A stretch of DNA of 64,000 bases from Sphaerodactylus townsendi (taxonomy: Eukaryota): assembly GCF_021028975.2 (NCBI RefSeq), contig NW_025950341.1:1116001-1180000 (forward strand), read 5' to 3'. Below, one piece after another: positions 38,601-50,600 of this stretch; the stretch's first letter is position 1, and every line of letters begins with the position of its first letter. The notes below the pieces were generated by a model. The model was given only the letters and a program-made list of their open reading frames with translations. It made no database searches and had not been told where the DNA came from. A program made the position numbers and the translations under genes.

Positions 38601-41600
38601 ATTTTGGTCAAGGGTAAGAGACTCTAGTCTGGAGAACAGGGTTTGTTCCCAACTCCTCCACATGAAACCTGCTGGGTGACCTTGGGCCAGTCATAGTTCT
38701 CTCAGAAGTCTCTCAGCCCCACCTACTTCACAAGGTGTCTGTGGTGGAAAGAGGAAGGGAATGATAGTAAACTGCTTTGGTACTCTTTAAGGTAGAGAAA
38801 TGTGGGGTATAAAAACCTACTCTTCTCTCTTTCCATGCCAAGGTAATGGGACAGGATCCCCTATTAAATCACTACTTTTCCTGGTAACAGTAGCTGTTCC
38901 AAGATAACAATCCAATCACAAATTATTCTAAACACTTCAGCAGTGTCATCTTAGGCAGAATTGCACTCTTTTTAGGCCATTAAAAGGGGATAATAGCTCT
39001 GGTTAGGATTTCACTTAGTGATTTGCTGATAGCAAAGGAAACTTTTGCTGTGTGCAACTTCCTGATAGTACGTTTATCAGCATGAAAAGTTATCTTTGGA
39101 CTTGTAAGAGCACAGCCTGTACTATGAAAGTGAGAGGCTTATGGAAGATGCTAACGCCCCACAATGTGCACACGAAGCCAGATGCAAAACAAAATAATAA
39201 CAACTTTCTCCTATAACAAGCTCAGCAAACTAGATGCTTTACAAATCCTTACTTAATACCATGTTATAAGGACTCTGTCAGTCGGAAGATGCAAAGGGTC
39301 GGATTCTAATGAAAACTAGATTATCTCACCACAATTGTGAATAAGACAGACGCTTTCTTTATAAGCAAGGAGAAAATGAGAAATTGTTATATATCTGAGA
39401 GATTTCTTCTCTTCTCAGAGCAAAAGCAGAGTGTCTTCAAATCTCAAATCAAATACTATCTTGAGGACATTTACACAAGCTGTACAAGGTGTGTGTGGGT
39501 GAAAGTGATGTTTTTGGCCGGCTACTAATAATCACAGCAACGGAACCAGAACATAATATATTTTGATCTGTACTTCTGGTTTGAAATTAAATGTGGCTAT
39601 TTGCAGAGATGCAAAGTGTGTGTGCCTATTTAGGAAATTTGTATTCATAGTTATTAATGAACTTATCACCATAATTAAATACAACGTGCCAAAATATGTA
39701 ATGTGTTATTTTGTTGCTGTTCAAAGTTATTTATAACATGATGCAATATACCAGCTGCATTTAGTTGAGGGGTTCAAAGACTGTGTCTTGCCTTGGGTCA
39801 CTCTCTTGTGGCTCTGGGCATTTGAGTGGTCATGTAATGTCAGCAGATCCTAAGATCTTACGTATGAAGATTTGCGAAAAGGGAAATCCAGTTTGCTCCT
39901 ATGCCCTGCCTCCTCAACACTGCTTTTACATTCAGTTCAGAAGTTAAATGTACTCTGTTCCCTAGGATGGCATGAAGCTTTTTGATTAACAAGGGGACAC
40001 AAAATGGCTTACAAAAACGAACAGATTTTCAAATTACTTTAGGCCAGACTCTATGTGTATATGTGGATATTACAAGGATATAAATGAGAAAGGGGAAACA
40101 TGTTTGCTGCTCTGAGCTCCTTGGAGGAAGGGTGGGGTTTAAAAATGTGCTAGACAGCAGCTCTTTATAGAAACCAACATTGCTTATTTTGGCACCAGTT
40201 GTGAAAAATCTATTTCTCTTCCAAATATTGCAAAAGTAGCTACTGAAGGAGAGAGACTGTCTATATGACATGGAGGAACTCTCCCCACAAAGTGAAAACA
40301 GTTGTTCTACAGTGCTGGAAATTACATAGGAGACCATGGCTTGCTTCCCAACTTCCACATTCTTTCCAGATTTGCAGAAGCACTACGGAATTAGCCTTGT
40401 GAATCTCTCATGTTGTCTTTGAGTCAGCCATCATCGTAAAAGGATAAACTTAGATCATTCTGATGATATCTCTAGTGGGGTAAGAGACTCCACTAGAAAG
40501 CAAATTCGGTGAGCGGTCACAAGTTCATTGACACACACACAAATAACAATGTGTAAATTACACACCCACACTTTCCGTCACCCCTTTTTGAATAGGATTA
40601 ACTATATAAGGTGTGCAAGGAAGGACTTGGGGGAATCCAATAATTCAGAGAAAGAAGGAAGAGGGCTTTGGAGTGTCATGAACCAGTAATTCTAGCACAA
40701 ATACAGTGTGACCTGGTGCAGATGTCATGCTCCCCAACCATGGCTTGGAGCCCAGCAGCACTTTATGGGATGACACACTTCTTCCCCATCTTGGACTCAA
40801 ATAGCCTCTTCTCTTTCACTGTCAGGCTAAACAAAGATTCAATACTGTATCTGCACAAATGGTAGCCCTTATATTTATTATCTCAAACCACATTTTTGAA
40901 ACCTAACCATGGTTGTGAATGGTGACTTAAGCTAACCATGGTGGGCGTCGAACACAAAGAAGATGAAACCCTATATCACACTTAAATGAAAAGGGAATAT
41001 AAAATTTGAGTTAAAAAGATAAAAAGGGAAGGAAAATAATACGAGAGCTTCCCAACATCCTAACCACTGTTAGACTATTAGAAACACTATGGCCTGGGTC
41101 CTATTCAACATGAACAGAGCAGCTCTATCTAAGTAAACTTTCCTACCTCCAGCTACAGCCTGCTGTTCCCATGAAACAATGACCTGAGGGATCAGTGGGC
41201 CCCTGGGAACAGTGTGGGGACAAAGTGAGAGTAAGTAACGGGAGGGAGGAAAATTACTCTCATTTTTCCTCTAGTGCAGTGGTGGCGAACCTTTGCCACT
41301 CCAGATGTTATGGACTACAATTCCCATCAGCCCCTGTCAGCATGGCCAATTGGCCGTGCTGGCAGGGGCTATGGGAATTGTAGTACATAACATCTGGAGT
41401 GCCAAAAGTTCGCCACCACGGCTCTAGTGGGTCATGTGATTAGGAATCACCCCGACGTTCCCACTAGGTATCTTTCATTTTCATTAGTCAGAAACACACT
41501 TAACATCTAGGCAAAACACAATTGGAAAAACAGAATAATTTCTCTAACCATCACAGAGTACAGTGTACTTTAGTGTACAAAGGACTGACATGTTCTTTTT

Positions 41601-44600
41601 GTAAGAAGTGTGAAACAGTGGAAAACTAATATTTGAGTAAATCTGTAATGCAAAATCAATAGCAGCTGAACATAGGCAAAGCTACTGCAGTCTATTTTCT
41701 ACAATGTTCAATTCATCCTGAAAATATCCAAGTGAGTACTTATAGGCAAGAAGTGGAGGGACTTGGCACCATTGCCTTCTAATTTTGTAGACAGTTTATT
41801 TCTGGAAGCATTTTAGATTTCTTTATTTGTATACACACAGGTTTTTGCATTGTATTAGCCCAGATTGCTCACCTTGAAAGGAGGACTGGAATCACTGGGA
41901 CGTGCAGAAAAATCAAATGAGATGATAAGGTCAACTCCTCTTTGTGGTCGCAAGATAAGTGGGTAGGGCAAGTTGAAAGTGAGTCCACTATCTACAACAT
42001 GTATCTTCTTGCTCTGGACATCTAATGGCTCGTATATCCTATCAAATTCATCAGGATCTAGTAAGAATGAGACAAAGAAAGCAAGCTGGCTTAGGAACAC
42101 TCAAGACAATCTCTTGTATCAAAGCTACAAATAACAGAAAAGCTCATTTATGAGGCAATCCTGAAGAGCGTTACACCCCTCTAAGCCCCTCTAACTTCAG
42201 TGGACTGAGAAAGTGTAGTTCTACGAAGGACCACACTGTTAGTCATTTAAAAGAACATAAGCTATTGGGCACCATTAGGCAAAAATACAAGAAATGCATG
42301 TTTACCATGATGAGACCAACGTAGTTCCTATCCTTTCATCTATTTATCTGATTCACTTTTACCCCACCTTCCTGTCCCATGGTAACCCAAAGTGGTTTAC
42401 AATGGGGCTTTCCCCACTTACCATTTGCGGCGCGCTACTCCCAGCGTGCTCCCGGCACGAGTGATTTCTGCTGCGGGGTTGTGTTCCCACAGTCAGAAGG
42501 TGCCATTTCTTCAGCGCCAAAAATGATGCGCGCTGAAGGGCGGCAGCGTCGGGGCAGCTGCATGGTTGCCGCCCTTGCAAGTGGGGAGCGCCGCTGGACC
42601 CCGCGCTACTTTCCCGGAGTAGCGTGCAGCAAATGGTAAGTGGGGAAAGCACCATTATTCTCCTCTCCTCCATTTTATTTTCACAACAGCCCTGTTAAGT
42701 AGGTTAAGCTGAGAGAGTTGGACTGGCCCAAAGTCATCTAGCAAACTTCCAGGGCATCAGTGGGAATTTCAGGCTGTGTCCTTCAGATTCTACACCAGGG
42801 GTAGGGAACCTGCGGCTCTCCAGATGTTCAGGAACTACAATTCCCATCAGCCTCTGTCAGCATGGCCAATTGGCCATGCTGGTAGGGGCTGATGGGAATT
42901 GTAGTTCCTGAACATCTGGAGAGCCGCAGGTTCCCTACCCCTGTTCTACACTCTTAACCACTATACCCCTGTAGGCTCTCAATCTATAGATCACTGCACA
43001 ATACCATTGGTATGCTCTTCACCAGAGCAATACTGTTTCAGATTCCACAAAAATATCTCTGCTTCATTAAAATACACTTGTTAATAATAACCAGCATTTT
43101 GGAGAAGCTAGATCACTGACTTTAGGCCATGGAAGCCAATGTTCAAATTCTTACTATGCAATAAAGCAAACTGGGATGCTGGGCCAATCATGATCTCTCG
43201 TAGGATTGGGGATATAAACCTACTCAGGGCTCTTTGGAGGGAGGGAAACAAGCAAAGATGATTGCAAAATTGGTAGAGCAGGAGGACAGAAGAATGTAAC
43301 TTTGTTAGTACTGATCAATTACTTCTTTCATTTCAAAACCAGCAAATATAATTTCCTGGCTGACTATTGTTCTGCAGCCCTGACCTGGGTGGCCCTTATC
43401 TCATTTTTCAAAAGTTAAGCAGGGTCAAATCTGGTTAGTGCTTGGATGGGAGGCCACTAATGAAATCTAGGGTTGCGAGGCAGCCAATGACAAACTACCT
43501 CTTTCCCTCTCTTGCCTTGAGAACTCTGTGGGCTCACTCAAAGTTAGCTGGGACTTGACAGCATTTTCCACCACCAGCAATCCTGTTTAGAATTCCACTG
43601 GGCAATAAGGCAAAAGTAGGACACCTTTTTGACCTGTGTGACAGAACTTCCGCAACGGCTTCTGTAAAGATGCTGGTGAACAAAAGAGAGAGGAAAGAAA
43701 CTAGAGCTATACTTGATCAGGCATGCAAGCTGAGCCCAGCAGCACTGTGACAAACTTCACAGGCTCACTCCAGTCTTTTGATTGGAGAACTGGCCCTGAA
43801 TGCTAAGCAAAATGATCAGGTATGCCACACTGTTCAGCACATGTGCCTGCGGAGAGTGCTAACACCCATAAGCCATTACAAATTAATACTCACAATCCCC
43901 TACCTACTTATTTAGATTGCCGTTCCATCAATTGATAATGTCTTGGTTGCACTCTGACGTTGTGTTTACATAAGCCCATTGACTTCAGTGGGCTTGTGCA
44001 CATAGCTCTGTGTTAGACTGAAGCCTCAACGTATGCAGAAGTATTTCACTATGCAATCCATTCTGCCAGTAAACTTGTTTAAATAGAACACTGACATTTC
44101 CATTCAGCAGAGACCAAGACATCAAATTCCACAAGTCCCGCCAGGGAAGAGATGAAGAATTGGACAAAGCCCTGTATTCTGTCTGGTGAATCACACAGTT
44201 GCTCTGGTGCATGCTGTTTGTTTCAAACCGGTTTAAGATGTGTTTGTATTATAAAACATTGAAATGCAACGTTAACTCAAGTTCTCGGTACATTTTAGTC
44301 AAAAAAAATTGTTGAAAATTTAAAAATGGAAATGGTCAAATTGTAAAAGGGGGTATATTAGACATTTTATTTTAAACTGTATGCTATCACAAATACAAGG
44401 ATCTAAATGCCATGTGGAACAAGGAGCAAATAAAAAGCCACACATTACTTTCAGCATTGCCTACTGCACCTTGAAGCAATCTTTTAAAATGATCCTATTA
44501 TTTTTAAAAAAATTCAAGGAAGTAATAGAAAAACGGAATTGGTGCAATTAAATTTAACATAGCGATAGGGGCAAACTCAGAGTGCAGTACGTGTCTGAGG

Positions 44601-47600
44601 GCATCCCATCAGGAAGCAATTGAGCTTCATTCAGAACGGCCCATTAAGTGGAGTGCTCCAATGTGCAGTGCCGACTGACGCAATCACTAGATAAGTAAAC
44701 ACATAATGTATTTTAAAGGTATTTTACATCAAAGACACTAGATGCATTTTCTAATCAGTTGAAGGAACTGTGTGATGGTTCTTTAAGGAATAGGCTTTTG
44801 GCAGATGGGACATGAGAACTAACCAAACCACAAGCACTCTTACACAGAATTATTATAACAGAAGAAATCTGTCATCTGACATAATGTTGTTTGTGGAGCT
44901 TTGTTTAATTTAGTCCTTCTGTTATGCCACAGTTGTTATGTTCTTTCTGAGGCAGGACAGAACCAAGCTCATCTTCTCATGCCTGGAGGTTTCTTTCAAA
45001 TTGAAGGAGTTTGCTTCTAGAAAGCACTAATTGCATTATGTGTCACTGGGAAATTTTAGTGGGGAAACATGGGTTGATGAAAATAAATCTGTGTTTTCAT
45101 TATTAATTTGATCTGTATGATCAACCTTATGGATATGCTAATTTCAGTATTCTCATAAGACAGTGGTGGCGAACCTATGGCACGGGTGCCAGAGGTGGCA
45201 CTCAGAGCTCTCTTTGTGGGCACGCGCAGAGTGCCCCCCCCACACACATCTAGGCTGGCCTGGGTCTCTGGGCTCGATTATTAGCATTAAACCTAAGACC
45301 TAGTTTTGGGGAAGTAGTGTAGGTAACCCTGTTAAGCACTGTTAAACTAAAGCATGATCCTTTACCTGAGAGTAAGCTCAGTTGCTGGAAATGGGGCTTG
45401 CTTCTGAGTCCTAGGGTCGTGATTCACCCATTGGAAGAGTTGCATGGTTGCTTCAAAGCAAAGCCATTGACTACCACCAAGCTTACTCCTGAGTAATGCA
45501 CGCCTCGAAGCCAACCTCAGTATTCAGGTTAAATTACTGTGTTGGCACTTTGCGATAAATAAGTGGGTTTTGAGTTGCAATTTGGGCACTCGGTCTTGAA
45601 AAGGTTCGCCATCGCTGTCATAAGAGGTGCCCTGCTGGATCAGACAGGTGGTACATCTAGTCTAGCATCCTGTTTCACACAGTCTCCAACCAACTGCCCT
45701 GGAAGGCCAACAAACAGGCCAACAAACAGAGATCTTTGATAGCCCCATTTCTTATTTCCAGGTGCTTCTTGTCACAACCTGCAGCTTAAACGTGTGCAAG
45801 GATTAGCCTAAAACATTATTTCTCTTAGAATGCTTTCCTGTAAGGAAAGAGACTACAAAAGGTCGCCCTGCCTGTAACCAGAGATTCATAAACAGAATTC
45901 AATGTCAGAACCAAAAACAACAACAAAGTCATGCTATGCATGTTCTGTGTTAAGGCACTTGCAATCAAAACAGGCGTGCTTGTGTGTAATAGTTAAGAGT
46001 GGTGGACTCTAATCTGGAGAACTGAGTTTGATTCCTTACTCCTCCACATGAAGCCTACTGAGTGACTTGGGCTAGTGACAGTTCTTTCAAAACTCTCTCA
46101 GCCCCACCTACCTCTCAAGGTGTCTGTGGTCTGAAAGGAAAGGCAATTGTAAACTGCTTTGAAACATCGTAAAGGTAAAGAAAAGCGGAGTATAAAAATT
46201 AGCTCTTCTTCATGTATGGGGATGATGAACTTTGCGCGCACGTGTGTGTGTAAAGTGACATCACGTCATAGCCAATTTATGGCAACCCAGTAGGGTTTTC
46301 AACAAAGGTGGTTTGACACAGCCCTTTTCTGCTTAGGGGTTCATCTAAGTACTAACCAGCCCTGACTCTGCTTAGCTTCTGAGATCTGATGAGATCAGGC
46401 TAACCTAAGACATCCAGCTCAGAGCTTTTACATGAATACTGTTTGGTGGACAGCTCAAAGAAAATGCCAACTCAGTCTGAAAAGGCAGTGTGAAGGACAA
46501 CTTCCATATTGAGGAATAAGGGGAAAAGATTTTAAAATGGTCTGTAGTGTAAAGTCTCTTTATGTCCATGGTGTGTTTGCTGGAGTGGTTTTGGCTGCCT
46601 CTTCTAAAAAATGATTCTGTAGAATTGGAAAAGGTACCTAAAAACAAGCAAGGTAATCAAGGAGGAGGAACACCTTGATATCTAATACACTTGAGGATAA
46701 GAAAAAGGGGGTTTGGTAGAGGGTTACAAATTATGAATGGCTTACAGAAGTGGTTTGTAAAATTCTGTCTCATAACACAAGAAGTCAACATCCATGTAGT
46801 TTTTAGACTGCTGTTCCTCCTAGAAGTTTAGAACAGTGGACATATTTTCCCCAGCTCTCCATTTTACCCTCACACAAACTCTGAGATAAGTTAACAGAAA
46901 GCGGCTGGTGAAAGTTCATACAGCAAGCTTCATGGCTGAGTGGGATAAAATTCCATGCTTGGTCACTCTATGACACTGGCTGGCAGACAGAGCAAATTAC
47001 TTCTTCACACAAATGTATTTATATACCTGACCTTTCTTCCCAACGGGAGCCCAAAAAAGCTTACATTGTTCCCCACTCCCCCATTTTATTCTCATAACAA
47101 CCCTGTGAGCTTGATCAGGCTCAGAGTGTGTGACCAATCCAAGGACACTCCGGGGAAAAAGTGGGGATTCAAACCTGGATGTCCCAGATCCTAATCTGAC
47201 ACTCTAACCACTACACCCATGCTGGCTGATGGAAGTAACTGGCAGTGACAGTCACTATTCAGTATTGTGCTTATCTTGTGGTACACTTGCTTGCATGAAC
47301 TAATCAACATATCTCAATTTGTAATTAGTTTGCCAATGACAAAAGGCATCTCTGGATGCCTTGAAATAGATGGCCCAGCAAGCCCTATCTTGTCAGATCT
47401 CAGAAGCTAAGCAGGATTTGGTCCAGGTTAATACTTGTCAAAGTGTTACGCATACATACAATCTTAACAATGGCAAAAAAAATATTCTTATTCCAGCTTT
47501 GTTAAATATGAATCTAAAATATATTAACAGCACAATCCAGNNNNNNNNNNNNNNNNNNNNNNNNNNNNNNNNNNNNNNNNNNNNNNNNNNNNNNNNNNNN

Positions 47601-50600
47601 NNNNNNNNNNNNNNNNNNNNNNNNNNNNNNNNNNNNNNNNNNNNNNNNNNNNNNNNNNNNNNNNNNNNNNNNGGGTTTTGTTTCCCTTCAGTTTGTTGGT
47701 ATTCAAAAATCACCATTGTCTCCCAAATTGAAGCAGAAATCACAGTGAATTTGTTTGTGTAAACCAAAACAGAAGAATGAGAATGATTCTTAGTGTATAC
47801 AGAACTATTTAAGACTTATATTGTAAGCTTCACTTTATTTTAAATGGTGGTTTGGTGCATAGGCAAAGCTACCATGGGTTGGAGAAAACAAACGCCCCGG
47901 GCGCAGGCATGGAGAATTGCTCCCCCATCCCTCCCCTCAGGCCGCCTCCGCAGCTTGGAGCAGCCTCCACAGTCTGGAGAAGCCCCAATGGATTGGAGCA
48001 GGCTGTTCTTTTAACTGTAAGAGGTAAATGAGATGTGTTTGGGGGTGGGGGCACAGGGGTGTGTGTGGTGAGGACGTGGATACCATTTTGCCCCAGGCGC
48101 CATTTTCCCTTCCTATGACTCTGGTTTGGTGGCACTGCCTTGAATGGATGTGGTTTCCTCAGTGCATATAAAATTATTGAATACATTGATTGGGAACTTT
48201 AATATTTTTTAGATTCATATACAACCTTCCCGGCTGGAATAAGATTTTTTTTGACATTTTTAGGATTATATGCATGCATGTTTGACCTCAGAGGAAGACT
48301 GATTTTGGTTGAAATATGTTATGTCCTTGTGCTATGTGTTTTGTTTAACCATTTACATTATCTATATGAATTTTTAAATTATTATTCAGGTCTTTTTTAC
48401 ACTTACAGCTTTCTGCATGGTTGTGTGCTTTGCAGTGGTTTTTCCCAACTTCTTTCTTAGCAAACAGGATTCTCCTGATGTGAAGTACCCCCCCAGCTAT
48501 GTGGATATACCCCCCGCTCCCCCCCCTTCACTTTCTGGTTCTATCTCTGCCAGAGGAACTGCTGTTGTGAGGGTGGGGAAAGCCAGAAGAAGTGAGAATA
48601 TTTGCAGAAAGCAAAAAGAACACTTTTTCCTTTTGCTTTTTCTGTGAAGGAAGGTTTTTTAAATGTGTGCATTACAGGGAGAGGCCCCAGAAGGAGACCA
48701 CATGTGCATAAATGGTCTCAGTTTTTAATGACTATAGAGTGATTTTAACTTAAAAATTGAGTACACTGTGGAATAAATGTTAATTACACATTTTTTTGTT
48801 ATTTTCTTCTTTGTTCTTAACTTGTTGGTTCATAACATAGTGTGCCTTGTATCTGTATGAAACTTACTTTAAGCTAACAATGGTGACTGGCCTTGGCTAC
48901 CTAATGTCATTAAGATCAACTGTGCAGAGGCAAGAGCAGCATGGAAGTCTAAAATACATCTCATTTCTTAACTGCATGTCAATAAGGCAAGGAGGATCAA
49001 CTCAGTAAGGAAAATCACAGTCCATCCTATTCAAACTGGATCCAAGAAACACTCAAAGTAATCCCACTGAAAGAACATGTGCTTTGATTTTTCAGCCCCC
49101 GCTAACTGACTACTGCTCCATTCATGAAGACTTGGGACAGGAAATAATTGAAATAAGGCCTGGCCATAGGCCGATGGGCAAAAACAAAACCTCCTTATAT
49201 GACATCATGCATAGGAAGTCAAGTAACATTTTGAAATGGCCCAGTTCAAGCCTACAGAGGCCATCTGACTGCTTTTCCCAACTTACACATTCCCCAAAAT
49301 TCTTCTTAGATGCCCACTTTGGTACTCTCTGTAAATAATTGGAGTCAATAGCTGTAAACACTTATGAGCAGATTAAAAAAACATTTAGCAGAACCCAGAT
49401 GGAAATGATGATATGGCTACTTAGAAGAGTGAATTGTATTAACAAATGCTCTCCTCAGAGTTTTGGCATTATCTGAGCTTTTAAACACTTGGGTACAATT
49501 TACAATCCCATGATGACAAATAGTTCCATCTTCCTTGATGACTTCTTTTTTTTAAAAAAAGAGAAAATAGTTATTACAGAATATTGCAAAAGTACCATGG
49601 TTATTAAGATCTATCCCCTCTTCCAGTCCTTCCCCCAACAGAAAATGCCTCAAGTGCCACATGAACAGATATTGAATGCCAGGGGAAGAAAAATGCCACC
49701 CAGGAGTCAATCCTGGGTGAGGGGGTCAATCTGGGGTAGATTACCAAGACCTAGCTGGTTGAATTGAGGGGTAGGTGTTGATTTGTTTTATTGTTTCATA
49801 TTGTTTCATTATTTTATCAGTTCATTTTATTTGCTATTTGGAAATGTTTTCTTAAATGCTAGCCTCTTTAAGCATCGAAGGGTGAGATGCCAGTGCCATA
49901 AATATATAAATAAGCATACTATGTTGTTTTTTTAATTTGATTTCAATCTCTGGATTGATGGGGAAGGGCTGTCTTAATGCATGGGCATGCTGGGCAGTTG
50001 CCCAGTGCCCTCACAGGGATATGTATGTTGTGACTTGTTGTTAATAAATAAATACTACACTAAACTTACAAATATTTGTTATAAAAATGTATATTTAGCA
50101 TGTGTTTTACTAAATATAATGAACAATATTAATGTTAATTTTTATGATAACAACCGGACATTGTCATTTGCCTCTGATTTAGTATCATGGTCACCTCTGC
50201 AACCACATGTGCATGTATATGTACTTATCTCACACACTGCTTTGCTCAGGGACCTATAATGCTGTTAAGATGGTCCTGGGTGGGGAAGAGTCTGTGGCTC
50301 AACCGTAGAGCACCTGCTTGGCATGAAAATGTCCCAGCTTCAATCACCGACATCTCCAGTTGAAGGATCACATAATAGGGGATGTGAAAGAGTTTTCTCT
50401 GCCTGAGTCCGTGGAGAGTCGTAGCCAGTTTGAGTAGACATTACTGATCTTGATGGACCAATGATCTGATTCAGTAAAAGGCAGCTCCCTGTGTGATCAT
50501 GTGTTACCACTGGTTTTCTGGTTTAAGGTTTCATTTACATGCTTCATTGTTCCTCTGTATTGATGTTGATCCATTTTATTTTTAATTTTTTTAAACAAAA

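Larger units (their letters stand above)
42340..42975 (-). mobile_element. tRNA SINE interrupted by two MITEs
   Basis: SINE sequence resumes in register across 42404-42653 and 42796-42943; an uninterrupted relative lies at 47010-47225. Confidence 0.75.

Noticed and set aside
47380-47440. 5S rRNA-like sequence (also 38148, 43375, 46340)
   Set aside because: Partial and diverged, attached to SINE bodies in the other copies; not an rRNA gene.
47370-47767. ORFs spanning the N run
   Set aside because: Artefacts of translating through the gap.
50283-50360. tRNA-like sequence (also other SINE heads)
   Set aside because: Degenerate cloverleaf continuing into a SINE body and tail; not a tRNA gene.
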